Source: a bacterium
Lineage (GTDB): Bacteria; Electryoneota; JAOADG01
Reading direction: 5' to 3'
DNA length: 64,000 nucleotides
NCBI GenBank assembly: GCA_963681965.1
Contig: OY820579.1
Span: forward strand, 3,552,001-3,616,000
The translations under genes and the position numbers were made by a program. Under the pieces are notes generated by a model. That model searched no databases. It had not been told where the DNA came from and saw only the letters and a program-made list of their open reading frames with translations. Below are positions 30,621 through 39,610 of this stretch, piece after piece (position 1 is the first letter of the stretch; each line of letters begins with the position of its first letter).

Positions 30621-31619
30621 ATGTTCCAACGCACTTTGAGTAAAAATATCTTCAGAAAAATCCACCTCCACTGGTTACTTCCGGTTCTTCCGGTGCTATT
30701 CCTGTTCACAATCGTCGGTTTTTGCTTTGCCGAAACTGCCCCGGCTGTTGCCGATACAGCCAATGTAACGGCACCCGCTGTTGCCGATACAGCCAAGGCA
30801 GCAGCACCTGCTGCCACTGAAGCAGCCAAGGCAGCGGCACCTACGACTTGGTTCAAAATGGAACGGCTCAACGTGGCGGTTTTTCTGATTATCATCTCAG
30901 TCCTCGTGCTTTCATTCCTGTTTATCGCGCGTAGCGGCAAACCACTGCATCTGCGGCGCATTGCCGGTCTGGACGCACTCGACGAAGCGATCGGTCGCTC
31001 GGCAGAACTTGGTAAACCGGTTCTGTTTGTGCCGGGTATCGGCGATGTCAGCAGTATTCAGACGATCGCGGCACTGGCAATTCTCGAGCGGGTCGCCAAA
31101 GAAACGGCAACCTACGACGTCGAACTCAATGTTATGACCAATTACCCGTTGGTCATGTCCACTGCACAGGAAACTGTCAAGCAAAGCTATACGGCAGCCG
31201 GACGCCCCGATCTGTTCAATCCGAACAACATCCGTTATGTCACCGACAATCAGTTCGCATTCGCTTCGGCAGTCGCCGGACACATGGTTCGCGAACAGAC
31301 GGCGGCGAATTTCCTGCTGGGTGAATTTTACGCCGAATCGCTGATCATATCCGAAGCGGGTAACTCGACGGGTGCCATTCAGATTGCCGGAACCGCGCAA
31401 CCGCACCAACTACCATTCTTTCTGGCATCGTGCGACTATACCCTGATGAGTGAAGAGCTGTTCGCTGCCAGTGCGTATCTGACCCGCGAACCGATCCTGC
31501 TCGGTACAATTCTCGGTCAGGACTGGTCGAAAGCGGTGTTTGCGGCGATCATGATCGGTGGTATCATCGCGGCTGTGATGGGCTACGAGGGCTATGTACA
31601 CTGGTTTGACGTCCAGTAA
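30621..31619 (+). CDS. DUF6754-type membrane protein
   Basis: Signal peptide, APAVADTA repeats, LRRIAGLDA.DEAIGR..ELGKP and CDYTLMSEELFAASAYL. Confidence 0.75.
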   Translation: MFQRTLSKNIFRKIHLHWLLPVLPVLFLFTIVGFCFAETAPAVADTANVTAPAVADTAKAAAPAATEAAKAAAPTTWFKMERLNVAVFLIIISVLVLSFLFIARSGKPLHLRRIAGLDALDEAIGRSAELGKPVLFVPGIGDVSSIQTIAALAILERVAKETATYDVELNVMTNYPLVMSTAQETVKQSYTAAGRPDLFNPNNIRYVTDNQFAFASAVAGHMVREQTAANFLLGEFYAESLIISEAGNSTGAIQIAGTAQPHQLPFFLASCDYTLMSEELFAASAYLTREPILLGTILGQDWSKAVFAAIMIGGIIAAVMGYEGYVHWFDVQ

Positions 31620-31684
31620 CGCGATCAATCGCTCGGTAATTCGTTTCCGATTCCTAATCTAACAGATAAAAATTACTGGTTCTT

Positions 31685-32299
31685 ATGAGAGATCTAATCG
31701 CTTTTGTTATATGCGGCATCACGGGTTTGATCACGCTGTTCGCATTTTTCATCAACTCACCCACTGCGACTGCGGTACAGGATGGTCTCGATAACTGGAT
31801 CATCATTATTAGCAGCTTCAGCTTTCTGATGGGTGGTCTCAGTGTGCTGTTCAATCATATCAGCCGCGTCAGCCAACGCTCGGAAGGGTGGGGTTTCAGT
31901 ATCGTACTGATCGTCTGCATGCTGAGTATGGCAGTCCTTGGGATCATCGACTATAGCCAATCCGGCATCTTCATGTGGCTGTTCAAGAATGTCCAGAACC
32001 CGATGCAATCGACCATGTTCGCGTTTCTCGCATTCTATGTCGCCAGTGCCAGTTATCGCGCATTCCGCGTCCGGAACTGGATGGCGACGCTGCTGTTTAT
32101 CTCGGCGGTGATTGTGATGATCGGATCGGTACCGGTCGGCGAAGCGCTCTGGTCGAAGACGGCAACGATTGCCCAGTGGATTTTGAATGTCCCGTCATTG
32201 GCGGCTCAACGTGCGTTGCTGATCGGTTCGGCACTCGGTATGGTAGCAACCGGTTTGAAGACGCTGCTCGGAATTGAACGATCATGGTTGGGGCGCTAA
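31685..32299 (+). CDS. Polytopic membrane protein (DUF6754 cluster)
   Basis: About 6 TM helices; STMFAFLAFYVASASYRAFR and LLGIER. Confidence 0.8.
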   Translation: MRDLIAFVICGITGLITLFAFFINSPTATAVQDGLDNWIIIISSFSFLMGGLSVLFNHISRVSQRSEGWGFSIVLIVCMLSMAVLGIIDYSQSGIFMWLFKNVQNPMQSTMFAFLAFYVASASYRAFRVRNWMATLLFISAVIVMIGSVPVGEALWSKTATIAQWILNVPSLAAQRALLIGSALGMVATGLKTLLGIERSWLGR

Positions 32300-32300
32300 G

Positions 32301-33137
32301 ATGACAAAATTCCTTGAAAAACTCGGTTCGCTTCCGCGCTGGTTCGTTTATATCACACTGAGTCTCGGTGTGGCACTTCCTTTGATCTTCCCGTTGAAAT
32401 TGCCGGTGATCGTGAGTCCAAACAGTAAAGCGATCTACGACTATATCGAAGCGCTACCCGATTCGGCAGCAGTGCTGATCGCATTCGATTTCGATCCGAC
32501 CTCGATTCCGGAATGTCAACCGATGGCGGAAGCGTTAGTCCGTCACGTGATGAAACGCAATCTCGCCTTGATCGCCTACACGAATATGCCGCAAAGCGGA
32601 CCGATCACCGACCGCGTGATCACGCCACTGGCGAAGGAATTCAATAAAGTCAGTGGGAAAGATTATGTCAATCTCGGGTACAAACCGGGTAATACGATCC
32701 TTCTGATGTCCCTCGGCAATTCGTGGACGAATTCGTTCCCCACCGACCAGAATGGGAACCCTACCCCAGAGATGCCGATTATCAAACGCTACTCGAGCTT
32801 CCGGAAACTGTCGTTTATGGTTGATATTGCCCACGGCGCGACAGTCGACGACTTCATCAGTATCGGTCGAGCGCAATACGGTGTGCCGATGGCGTGCGGT
32901 GTCACCGCCGTCAGTATTCCCGGATACAAAGCCTATATTCAATCCGGTCAATTGGTCGGTATGCTGGGTGGATTGAAAGGTGCAGCCGAATACGAGAAGA
33001 TGGTCGGAGCACCGGGAAAAGCCACCATCGGTATGGATGCACAATCGATGGCACATATCGTCATTGTGGGATTTATTTTGTTGGGCAACCTTGCGTTGAT
33101 CCCCAAGTGGTTGAATCGTCGGCGGGGAGGAAACTGA
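32301..33137 (+). CDS. Membrane-anchored protein with a soluble alpha/beta domain (DUF6754 cluster)
   Basis: N- and C-terminal TM helices; DYVNLGY and SGQLVGMLGGLKGAAEYE. Confidence 0.8.
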   Translation: MTKFLEKLGSLPRWFVYITLSLGVALPLIFPLKLPVIVSPNSKAIYDYIEALPDSAAVLIAFDFDPTSIPECQPMAEALVRHVMKRNLALIAYTNMPQSGPITDRVITPLAKEFNKVSGKDYVNLGYKPGNTILLMSLGNSWTNSFPTDQNGNPTPEMPIIKRYSSFRKLSFMVDIAHGATVDDFISIGRAQYGVPMACGVTAVSIPGYKAYIQSGQLVGMLGGLKGAAEYEKMVGAPGKATIGMDAQSMAHIVIVGFILLGNLALIPKWLNRRRGGN

Positions 33138-33138
33138 T

Positions 33139-33732
33139 ATGAATATGTTCGGCACTTGGATTGGTGCAATTTTAACGCTGATTTTGTTCAGCTTCCTCTA
33201 TAAAGACAATCCGCTGTATCGATTGGCGGAAAATATCTTCGTCGGAATTTCCACCGGTTACTTTATCGCGCTGGAATGGCAGAATGTTCTGAAGCCAAAC
33301 GTCGTCGAGAAAGTGATGGCGGGTAACTGGGTACCGATTATACCGGCGATATTGGGTGTAGTGTTGTTGCTGCAGCTATCGCAGAAATACGGCTGGATCG
33401 CCCGCTATTCGATCGCGTTGTATATCGGTGTCGGTGCCGCGTTGAATATGGTGTTGTACACTCAGGGGCAGCTCATTCCGCAGATTCAAGGCACGATGCT
33501 GAAGTTGAACAGCATCTCGAATATCATCATCATCGTTGGAACGATCACTTCGCTAGCGTATTTCTTCTTTGCGATCGAGAACAAGACGTTGGGGCGGGTT
33601 TCGAAGATCGGGATAGGGTTCCTGATGATCAGTTTCGGTGCGGCGTACGGCACTACTGTGATGGGGCGTGTCTCACTGCTCATCGCTCGATTCGACTTCC
33701 TGATCAACGACTGGATCCGCGCGATGTTTTAG
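33139..33732 (+). CDS. Polytopic membrane protein (DUF6754 cluster)
   Basis: FSFLYKDNPLYRLAE and FGAAYGTTVMGR; operonic spacing. Confidence 0.8.
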   Translation: MNMFGTWIGAILTLILFSFLYKDNPLYRLAENIFVGISTGYFIALEWQNVLKPNVVEKVMAGNWVPIIPAILGVVLLLQLSQKYGWIARYSIALYIGVGAALNMVLYTQGQLIPQIQGTMLKLNSISNIIIIVGTITSLAYFFFAIENKTLGRVSKIGIGFLMISFGAAYGTTVMGRVSLLIARFDFLINDWIRAMF

Positions 33733-33765
33733 ATTTCTAGCTTCTCGGAATGTTTTTGATTTCAA

Positions 33766-33800
33766 GTAGGGGCGGACCCCCGTGTCCGCCCGTTTTTTTT
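33766..33800 (+). terminator. GTAG-REP hairpin acting as terminator
   Basis: GTAG-GGGCGGAC-N6-GTCCGCCC followed by G and T8, downstream of the operon. Confidence 0.7.
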
Positions 33801-33914
33801 ATCTTATTTTTATCCTTTCCCTTCTTTTTTTATTCTTATTCTTTTCATTTCTTTCTTACATCTTTCATTCTTTCCCCAATTTCCATTCCCTATCCCCTAA
33901 TCCCTATCTTGTTC

Positions 33915-34055
33915 GTAGGGGCGTATGGCATACGCCCAATCTTGTATCTTGTTCAGTCATTGCGAGGAATGCGCCGAAAGGCGCATGACGTGGCAACCGC
34001 GCAGCGCTCACCGAAGGCAATCTCTCTTTTTCGTAGGGGCGTATGGCATGCGCCC
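33915..34055. repeat. REP cluster (two GTAG-type hairpins flanking a GTCATTGCGAG-type palindrome)
   Basis: GTAGGGGCGTATGGCAT(A/G)CGCCC at 33915 and 34033; GTCATTGCGAGG...GGCAATCTC between them. Confidence 0.7.
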
Positions 34056-34065
34056 AATCTTTTTT

Positions 34066-34444
34066 CAGTACTGCCGATCTCCGAATCGGCGCTTTTATCA
34101 TTTCCAGCTAGCTTTGAAAGAAATCCAAACAAACAAAAGAATGCCCAATCGGAGTTGGGCAGTACTGCCGATCTCCGAATCGGCTCTTTTATCGGTTTCA
34201 GTTGGCTATTAAATGAAAACAAACAAAAGAAAAAGATGCCCAATCGGAGTTGGGAAGTACTGCCGATCTCCGAATCGGCTCTTTTATCGTTTTCAGTTGG
34301 CTTTTAAATGAAAACAAACAAAAGAATGCCCAATCGGAGTTGGGAAGTACTGCCGATCTCCGAATCGGCTCTTTTGTCGTTTTCAGTTAGCTTTAAAAAG
34401 AAAACAAAAAAAAAAAACGCCCAATCGGAGTTGGGCAGTACTGC
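34066..34444. repeat. Tandem array of four 90-95 bp REP-doublet (REPIN-like) units
   Basis: Unit starts at 34066, 34160, 34255 and 34345, closing at 34436. Each unit is AGTACTGCCGATCTCCGAATCGGC...GCCCAATCGGAGTTGGG(C/A). Confidence 0.85.
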
Positions 34445-35045
34445 GGAAGCGGCTTTTGTATCCTTTTTGATGTCGCAACAATATCAACCATTCACTCTTC
34501 TCGGCGAGACAAATACAGAACCCTTCACAAACAATATTTATTCTTATTTAATAATATATTATAACAAACTCTCACACGATGTTTATTTTTTCACAATACT
34601 TCCGATTCCGATTTATTTTCGTTTCTTGCTGGTTCGCACTTGCATCTCTTTTTTTTTACTACTTTGTAAGTAGCCGTATCAAATTGCACTGCTTCAGCAG
34701 CACGGTATTCCAGAATTTGATAATGATAATGATTTCAAAGTTGTTTCGCGGCTACCGAACTGCACCGAACGGCACATCCGATACGTGTCTTCGACGAACC
34801 ATGAACTGAAACCGGGGTTTTGCTTCGCGCACTGCAACAGTACAGAATCAATACCTTCCTACTCTCGAAAGGAATGAATCATGAAAAAGCATCTGATCTG
34901 GATTACGCTTCTCCTCGCGTCGATTTTTGTGTATTTTGGTTGCTATAGCACCGACAATTCGAACAAGAACGGAATGAGTCCGAAAAACCATTCCGGCAAG
35001 GGTGGTGCTCAAATTGCTTCGGTTGGATTGCCGGAAGGTTGGGAT
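34345..35045 (+). repeat. Left arm copy 1 (REP doublet + leader + first 55 codons)
   Basis: Near-identical to 37554..38256 and partly to 39488..39610 plus 40831..41034. Confidence 0.9.
34640..34737 (+). promoter_or_regulatory. Putative promoter with poly-T spacer and downstream Fur-like box
   Basis: TTGCAT-ctcT9ac-TACTTT; GATAATGATAATGATTTCA at 34719-34737 (15/19 to the E. coli Fur consensus). Confidence 0.45.
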
Positions 35046-35783
35046 GCAGTTGGCATTATTCACAACTGTGTGATGGAGTATGTAGACAGCGCACTATGCG
35101 TAGATTATAAAAACAACTGGAATGATTCAATATTGTCTTCAAATATCCGTAATTATGTAAATACATATATTAAAAATAACATAACTTTTGATACTATATT
35201 TTACACTTGTATGGATACAATGAATCTAAAATCATTGCACTCAAAACAAGAATTTATTGATTTAATAGATTATTATCGATCACAAAATTATATTACTCAA
35301 CAAGAATCTTTGTATAGTCACAGGTTTATTGACATGCTATTTAATGAAAAAATGAATGATACCTTATTTGACGACAGTCTTTTAGTCTTTAAAAATGATC
35401 TAGAGAAATTATCTTGGAAAGATGATGAGTTATTTCTCCCAACTATATTATCAGTCGCAATGCATAGTTGGGAATATGCAAAACATCGCGGTAAATTTAA
35501 CCCGCAACCAGTTGAAGATACTGTTATTATTCCCATTTCATTAGATCCTGGTTTATTAAGTTCGGATCTTTGGGGAGCAGCAGCTGGCTTTGCAGCTGGT
35601 AGAACCTTTGGATGGATTGGAGAACAAATTATCATTAATAAAGGTTTGGCTGCAATACCTGGTTTTGGACAAGGAATGGTTATAATCGGTTCAGCATGGG
35701 GTGCTGGCTATAATTCAGCCAAATACAATGCTTGGTCAATAACGACAGGTCAATGGTTAATCTGGCCACTCGTAATCTGGTAA
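34881..35783 (+). CDS. Lipoprotein with glycine-zipper hydrophobic C-terminus (putative toxin, unit 1)
   Basis: Lipobox YFGC (Cys21), GxxHN motif and C-terminal SDLWGAAAGFAAG...GSAWGAG. Confidence 0.8.
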   Translation: MKKHLIWITLLLASIFVYFGCYSTDNSNKNGMSPKNHSGKGGAQIASVGLPEGWDAVGIIHNCVMEYVDSALCVDYKNNWNDSILSSNIRNYVNTYIKNNITFDTIFYTCMDTMNLKSLHSKQEFIDLIDYYRSQNYITQQESLYSHRFIDMLFNEKMNDTLFDDSLLVFKNDLEKLSWKDDELFLPTILSVAMHSWEYAKHRGKFNPQPVEDTVIIPISLDPGLLSSDLWGAAAGFAAGRTFGWIGEQIIINKGLAAIPGFGQGMVIIGSAWGAGYNSAKYNAWSITTGQWLIWPLVIW

Positions 35784-35927
35784 TTTCTTTACTTTCTACA
35801 ATAGTGATTTGCTTGATAATGTGCAAGAAGATTCTATCATTTAGTGCTGAAGATTCTTTTTGTCCAGAAGTCAAGTTTATTCTTCCTGAAACTTTTCTCA
35901 ATTTCTTCGAATGGAAGCAAGTGAAAT

Positions 35928-36227
35928 ATGAGCACAATCTTCATTTATGCTATTACTGTACTGTTTATTTCTGTTGCTATTCTATTAACATTTCACTTTT
36001 TTATGAGAAATAAACGTACATCTTATTCAGTCGAAGCATTATTACATAGCAATAAAGTAAATACTTTTATTCTATTATATATTGCTTTATGGCTAATAAT
36101 TGCATCCGATCATGTTGATATCGGCGTTTTCGGCTTTCGGTATCATGGATTATTTTACGTTTGTTGCCTTGGTTTATTGATTGGAATTGCTGATCTTATC
36201 TATAAGTATATCAATAAAAATAAATGA
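35928..36227 (+). CDS. Small 3-TM protein (putative immunity)
   Basis: Hydrophobic 99 aa; paralog of 37003..37311 (KVNTFILL, SDHVD, FGF). Confidence 0.75.
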   Translation: MSTIFIYAITVLFISVAILLTFHFFMRNKRTSYSVEALLHSNKVNTFILLYIALWLIIASDHVDIGVFGFRYHGLFYVCCLGLLIGIADLIYKYINKNK

Positions 36228-36400
36228 TCCTCAATCGATCATTCTGACCAAGAGTTTGTATTCAATTTCAGTAACTGATCGATATCGGCGGAACACACGA
36301 TTCGCCTTGATCAAATTCCAGTCCCGGAAATTAATCGTAATATTTCCGGATTGATAGGCATACAAGAGGAGGGGCAACTCGAGCTACCTCTGAGGACACC

Positions 36401-36733
36401 ATGTTGTCGATCAATCTCAGTTCATTTGAAATTAGCTTGATAGCTGGAATTTTTGTGCTATTTTTGAATTTTCTTAAAATTCTGACGGTCGAGCTGCATC
36501 AAAATGAAGGATTCAAAATACTTCCAATTTTTGGCATATCGTTTACGATTGGAGGGTATTTCAGTCTTATCTTTCTTGTTCTTACAACAATGACATCACA
36601 AAAGGTAATGATCGAAGATTTATTTTTAGCTACCTTTTGCGTAGTCACATTATGTTTCATAGTCAATGGAATTAGATCCTTAGTACATTTTAAACAAACC
36701 ATTAAGGCTTCACATTCTCTTAAATCGAATTGA
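36401..36733 (+). CDS. Small 3-TM protein (putative orphan immunity)
   Basis: GAGG RBS, three hydrophobic segments, followed by the cassette hairpin. Confidence 0.65.
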   Translation: MLSINLSSFEISLIAGIFVLFLNFLKILTVELHQNEGFKILPIFGISFTIGGYFSLIFLVLTTMTSQKVMIEDLFLATFCVVTLCFIVNGIRSLVHFKQTIKASHSLKSN

Positions 36734-37002
36734 AGAGGATTTATTCAAAGTCGAAATAATGAACAAGGCGGACCATTCGATCCGCCTTGATCCATTTTTC
36801 AATTTCTCGTTCCTCTATTACCGATATAGATATTGAATTGGAGATATCTAAAAACAATTTTACTTGACCCAAAAATATACTATCTTAACAACACAGTTGT
36901 TTTTTAACAAGACATCTTAACACCAAGTTAATGATTTATTATCTGAAGTAGCAGATTATGTATCCAAAGGCAATTTACTAAGATCGGTAGCTCGGAGATA
37001 CG

Positions 37003-37311
37003 ATGAATTCATTCACAATATATATCTACGCATTCGGGGTACTACTTCTTTCTGTTCCATTGTTGTTTGTATTCCATATTCTCACAAGAAATGTGCATTC
37101 AGCCTTCTCAACCGAAGTTCTGTTGCATCGATACAAAGTAAATACTTTTATTCTTCTGTTTATAATATTATGGTTGAGCCTCGTTTCCGATCATGTCGAC
37201 ATGAATTCGTTCGGTTTTCAATTTCACGGTTTCTATTACATCTGTTTTCTTGGATTCTTAATTGCACTGGCTGATCTATTTTTAAAACATTTCAATAAAA
37301 AACGGGATTAA
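37003..37311 (+). CDS. Small 3-TM protein, paralog of 35928..36227
   Basis: GGAG RBS; aligns with the paralog over its full length. Confidence 0.75.
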   Translation: MNSFTIYIYAFGVLLLSVPLLFVFHILTRNVHSAFSTEVLLHRYKVNTFILLFIILWLSLVSDHVDMNSFGFQFHGFYYICFLGFLIALADLFLKHFNKKRD

Positions 37312-37377
37312 TCAACAGTCTATCTTAAATCTAAGGTGAAAGATCTTACGAAATCTACGAGTCTGGAAAACTCAAAC

Positions 37378-37503
37378 AAGGCGGACCATTCGATCCGCCT
37401 TGTTCATTTTTCCCACGATCGAAGTTGTTCGCTACCGCTTATGGCACTCGACACAACTCATGTTCTTGTGGCAGGCAAAGCAATTTTCGTGCAGCGCAAC
37501 CTT
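37378..37503. repeat. Right arm copy 1: hairpin + duplicated 3' end of the cytochrome c gene
   Basis: Matches 43505..43628; minus strand encodes KVALHENCFACHKNMSCVECHKR*. Confidence 0.92.
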
Positions 37504-38256
37504 GACCCCAGCTTCTTTTCGGAGGGGCGTCTGGCATATGCCCGATCTTTTTTCAGTACTGCCGATCTCCGAATCGGCTCTTTTGTCGTTTTCAGTTAGC
37601 TTTAAAAAGAAAACAAAAAAAAAAAACGCCCAATCGGAGTTGGGCAGTATTGCGGAAGCGGCTTTTGTATCCTTTTTGATGTCGCAACAATATCAACCAT
37701 TCACTCTTCTCGGCGAGACAAATACAGAACCCTTCACAAATAATTATTTATTCTTATTTAATAATATATTATAACAAACTCTCACACGATGTTTATTTTT
37801 TCACAATACTTCCGAATCCGATTTATTTTCATTTCTTGCTGGTTCACACTTGCATCTCTTTTTTTTTTACTACTTTGTAAGTAGCCGTATCAAATTGCAC
37901 TGCTTCAGCAGCACGGTATTCCAGAATTTGATAATGATAATGATTTCAAAGTTGTTTCGCGGCGACCGAACTGCACCGAACGGCACATCCGATAGGAGTC
38001 TTCGACGAACCATGAACTGAAACCGGGGTTTTGCTTCGCGCACTGCAACAGTACAGAATCAATACCTTCCTACTCTCGAAAGGAATGAATCATGAAAAAG
38101 CATCTGATCTGGATTACGCTTCTCCTCGCGTCGATTTTTGTGTATTTTGGTTGCTATAGTACCGACAATTCAAACAAGAACGGGATGAGTCCGAAAAACC
38201 ATTCCGGCAAGGGTGGAGCTCAAATTGCTTCGGTAGGATTGCCGGAAGGATGGGAT
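37504..38256 (+). repeat. Junction + left arm copy 2
   Basis: GACCCCAGCTTC junction, single REP doublet, leader and 55 codons shared with copy 1. Confidence 0.9.
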
Positions 38257-38898
38257 AAAGCTGGGATCGATCACAACAAAGCAATGGAATATGCATATAA
38301 TTTTTTTAAAGACAAAATAGATTCAACATGGATAAATGATTCAATAATAAATGTAACGAAAAATATTATGATGAGATATTTTATTGATTCATTAAAATAC
38401 GATTCAAATAATTTATATTTCAAATTCGACAATATATTATTCAACAAATACACACTTGATACAGTAATAAATAATTTAAATATATTACTAGATAGCAATT
38501 TAATGACAACACGAGAGTATAATTATTCTTTGAGAATGTTTAATTTTTTATTCGATAGCTCGGTTACTGATAGTATACTTGGAGATAGTATTAATTTATT
38601 TATAAATGACTTAAACAAAATCGAATGGAACAACGATGAAAAATTATTATTTGTTTTTTCAAGTATAATGAAATATAGCTATGAATTTCACACTTCACAT
38701 AATAAAGACGGTAAATTGGATCGATTCAGTGTCAAAGAGTTAATAATAGCTGACATTCTTGGTGGTGTCGTTGGCGCGGTAATAGGAATTCGCGGTGGCT
38801 GGGTTGCAATGCTTGGATGTGGTGCGTTTTTTGCTTTCTTTTTTTCATTCCTAGATTTTGCTTTGCAAGTAATACGGGATAATGGATTGTTTTGGTAA
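38092..38898 (+). CDS. Lipoprotein with glycine-zipper hydrophobic C-terminus (putative toxin, unit 2)
   Basis: First 55 aa identical to the 34881 protein; C-terminal ADILGGVVGAVIGIRGG. Confidence 0.8.
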   Translation: MKKHLIWITLLLASIFVYFGCYSTDNSNKNGMSPKNHSGKGGAQIASVGLPEGWDKAGIDHNKAMEYAYNFFKDKIDSTWINDSIINVTKNIMMRYFIDSLKYDSNNLYFKFDNILFNKYTLDTVINNLNILLDSNLMTTREYNYSLRMFNFLFDSSVTDSILGDSINLFINDLNKIEWNNDEKLLFVFSSIMKYSYEFHTSHNKDGKLDRFSVKELIIADILGGVVGAVIGIRGGWVAMLGCGAFFAFFFSFLDFALQVIRDNGLFW

Positions 38899-38913
38899 CT
38901 GATAGAGGCAAAT

Positions 38914-39273
38914 ATGAACTGGACTATAATATTCTGGGTATTTATTACGATCCAATCAATCTTATTACTATTTATCGTTTACTTCATCGATAAAATCATC
39001 TCGTTGCCGAAGTACTTTCCCTTTTTCAAAACTAAGATAACAAAAAGCTTAGTGAAAAATCGGGAGTCAAACGATTCGATCCAAAAAGATCGAAATGTTT
39101 ATCGATTTACTTGGTTATATACAACACTCTGGTTCGGTGCGTTCTCGCCAGCACATTTACTTCCGAAATGGGGAGAAAACGCTGGAATTTTCGTGATGCT
39201 TTTTTCTCTATGTGTTTATTTATTTGCACTTTTCATATATCGAAAGAAAACAAATACCGCTCAAACGGAGTAA
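38914..39273 (+). CDS. Small 3-TM protein (putative cognate immunity, unit 2)
   Basis: Starts 15 bp after the lipoprotein gene, GAGG RBS, hydrophobic. Confidence 0.72.
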   Translation: MNWTIIFWVFITIQSILLLFIVYFIDKIISLPKYFPFFKTKITKSLVKNRESNDSIQKDRNVYRFTWLYTTLWFGAFSPAHLLPKWGENAGIFVMLFSLCVYLFALFIYRKKTNTAQTE

Positions 39274-39311
39274 TCAGTCACTTTCCAAATCCAATTTTTT
39301 TTTAAAAACTA

Positions 39312-39437
39312 AAGGCGGACCATTCGATCCGCCTTGTTCAATTTTCCCACGATGGAAGTCGTTCGCTACCGCTTATGGCACTCGACGCAACTCATGTTCT
39401 TGTGGCAGGCAAAGCAATTTTCGTGCAGCGCAACCTT
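39312..39437. repeat. Right arm copy 2: hairpin + duplicated cytochrome 3' end
   Basis: Matches 43505..43628 and 37378..37503. Confidence 0.92.
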
Positions 39438-39610
39438 GACCCCAGCTTCTTTTCGGAGGGGCGTCTGGCATATGCCCGATTTTTTTTCAGTACTGCCGAT
39501 CTCCGAATCGGCTCTTTTGTCGTTTTCAGTTAGCTTTAAAAAAAGAAAACAAAAAAAAAAAACGCCCAATCGGAGTTGGGCAGTACTGCGGAAGCGGCTT
39601 TTGTATCCTT

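Noticed and set aside
34066-34444. CRISPR array (regularly spaced ~42-bp palindromic repeats)
   Set aside because: The intervening ~50-bp segments are homologous to each other rather than unique spacers, the repeat is two REP hairpins back to back, and there are no cas genes in the window.
33750-34809. ORFs 33750..34307, 34308..34673 and similar ones at 37336-37774 and 39334-39627
   Set aside because: They are translations of REP and leader repeats and low-complexity DNA, and the frames are not preserved between copies.
34881-38898. Diversity-generating retroelement TR/VR pair
   Set aside because: No reverse transcriptase is present. Differences between repeats are not adenine-restricted, and the payloads are wholesale replacements.
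36287-39340. Integron attC sites (hairpin with AAC...GTT flanks after small genes)
   Set aside because: About 30 bp is too short for attC, the match to RYYYAAC/GTTRRRY is poor, and there is no integron integrase. Kept only as an analogy.
39366-39569. Novel small diheme cytochrome ORF
   Set aside because: It is the duplicated cytochrome 3' end read in from REP sequence, with no credible start, RBS or signal peptide.
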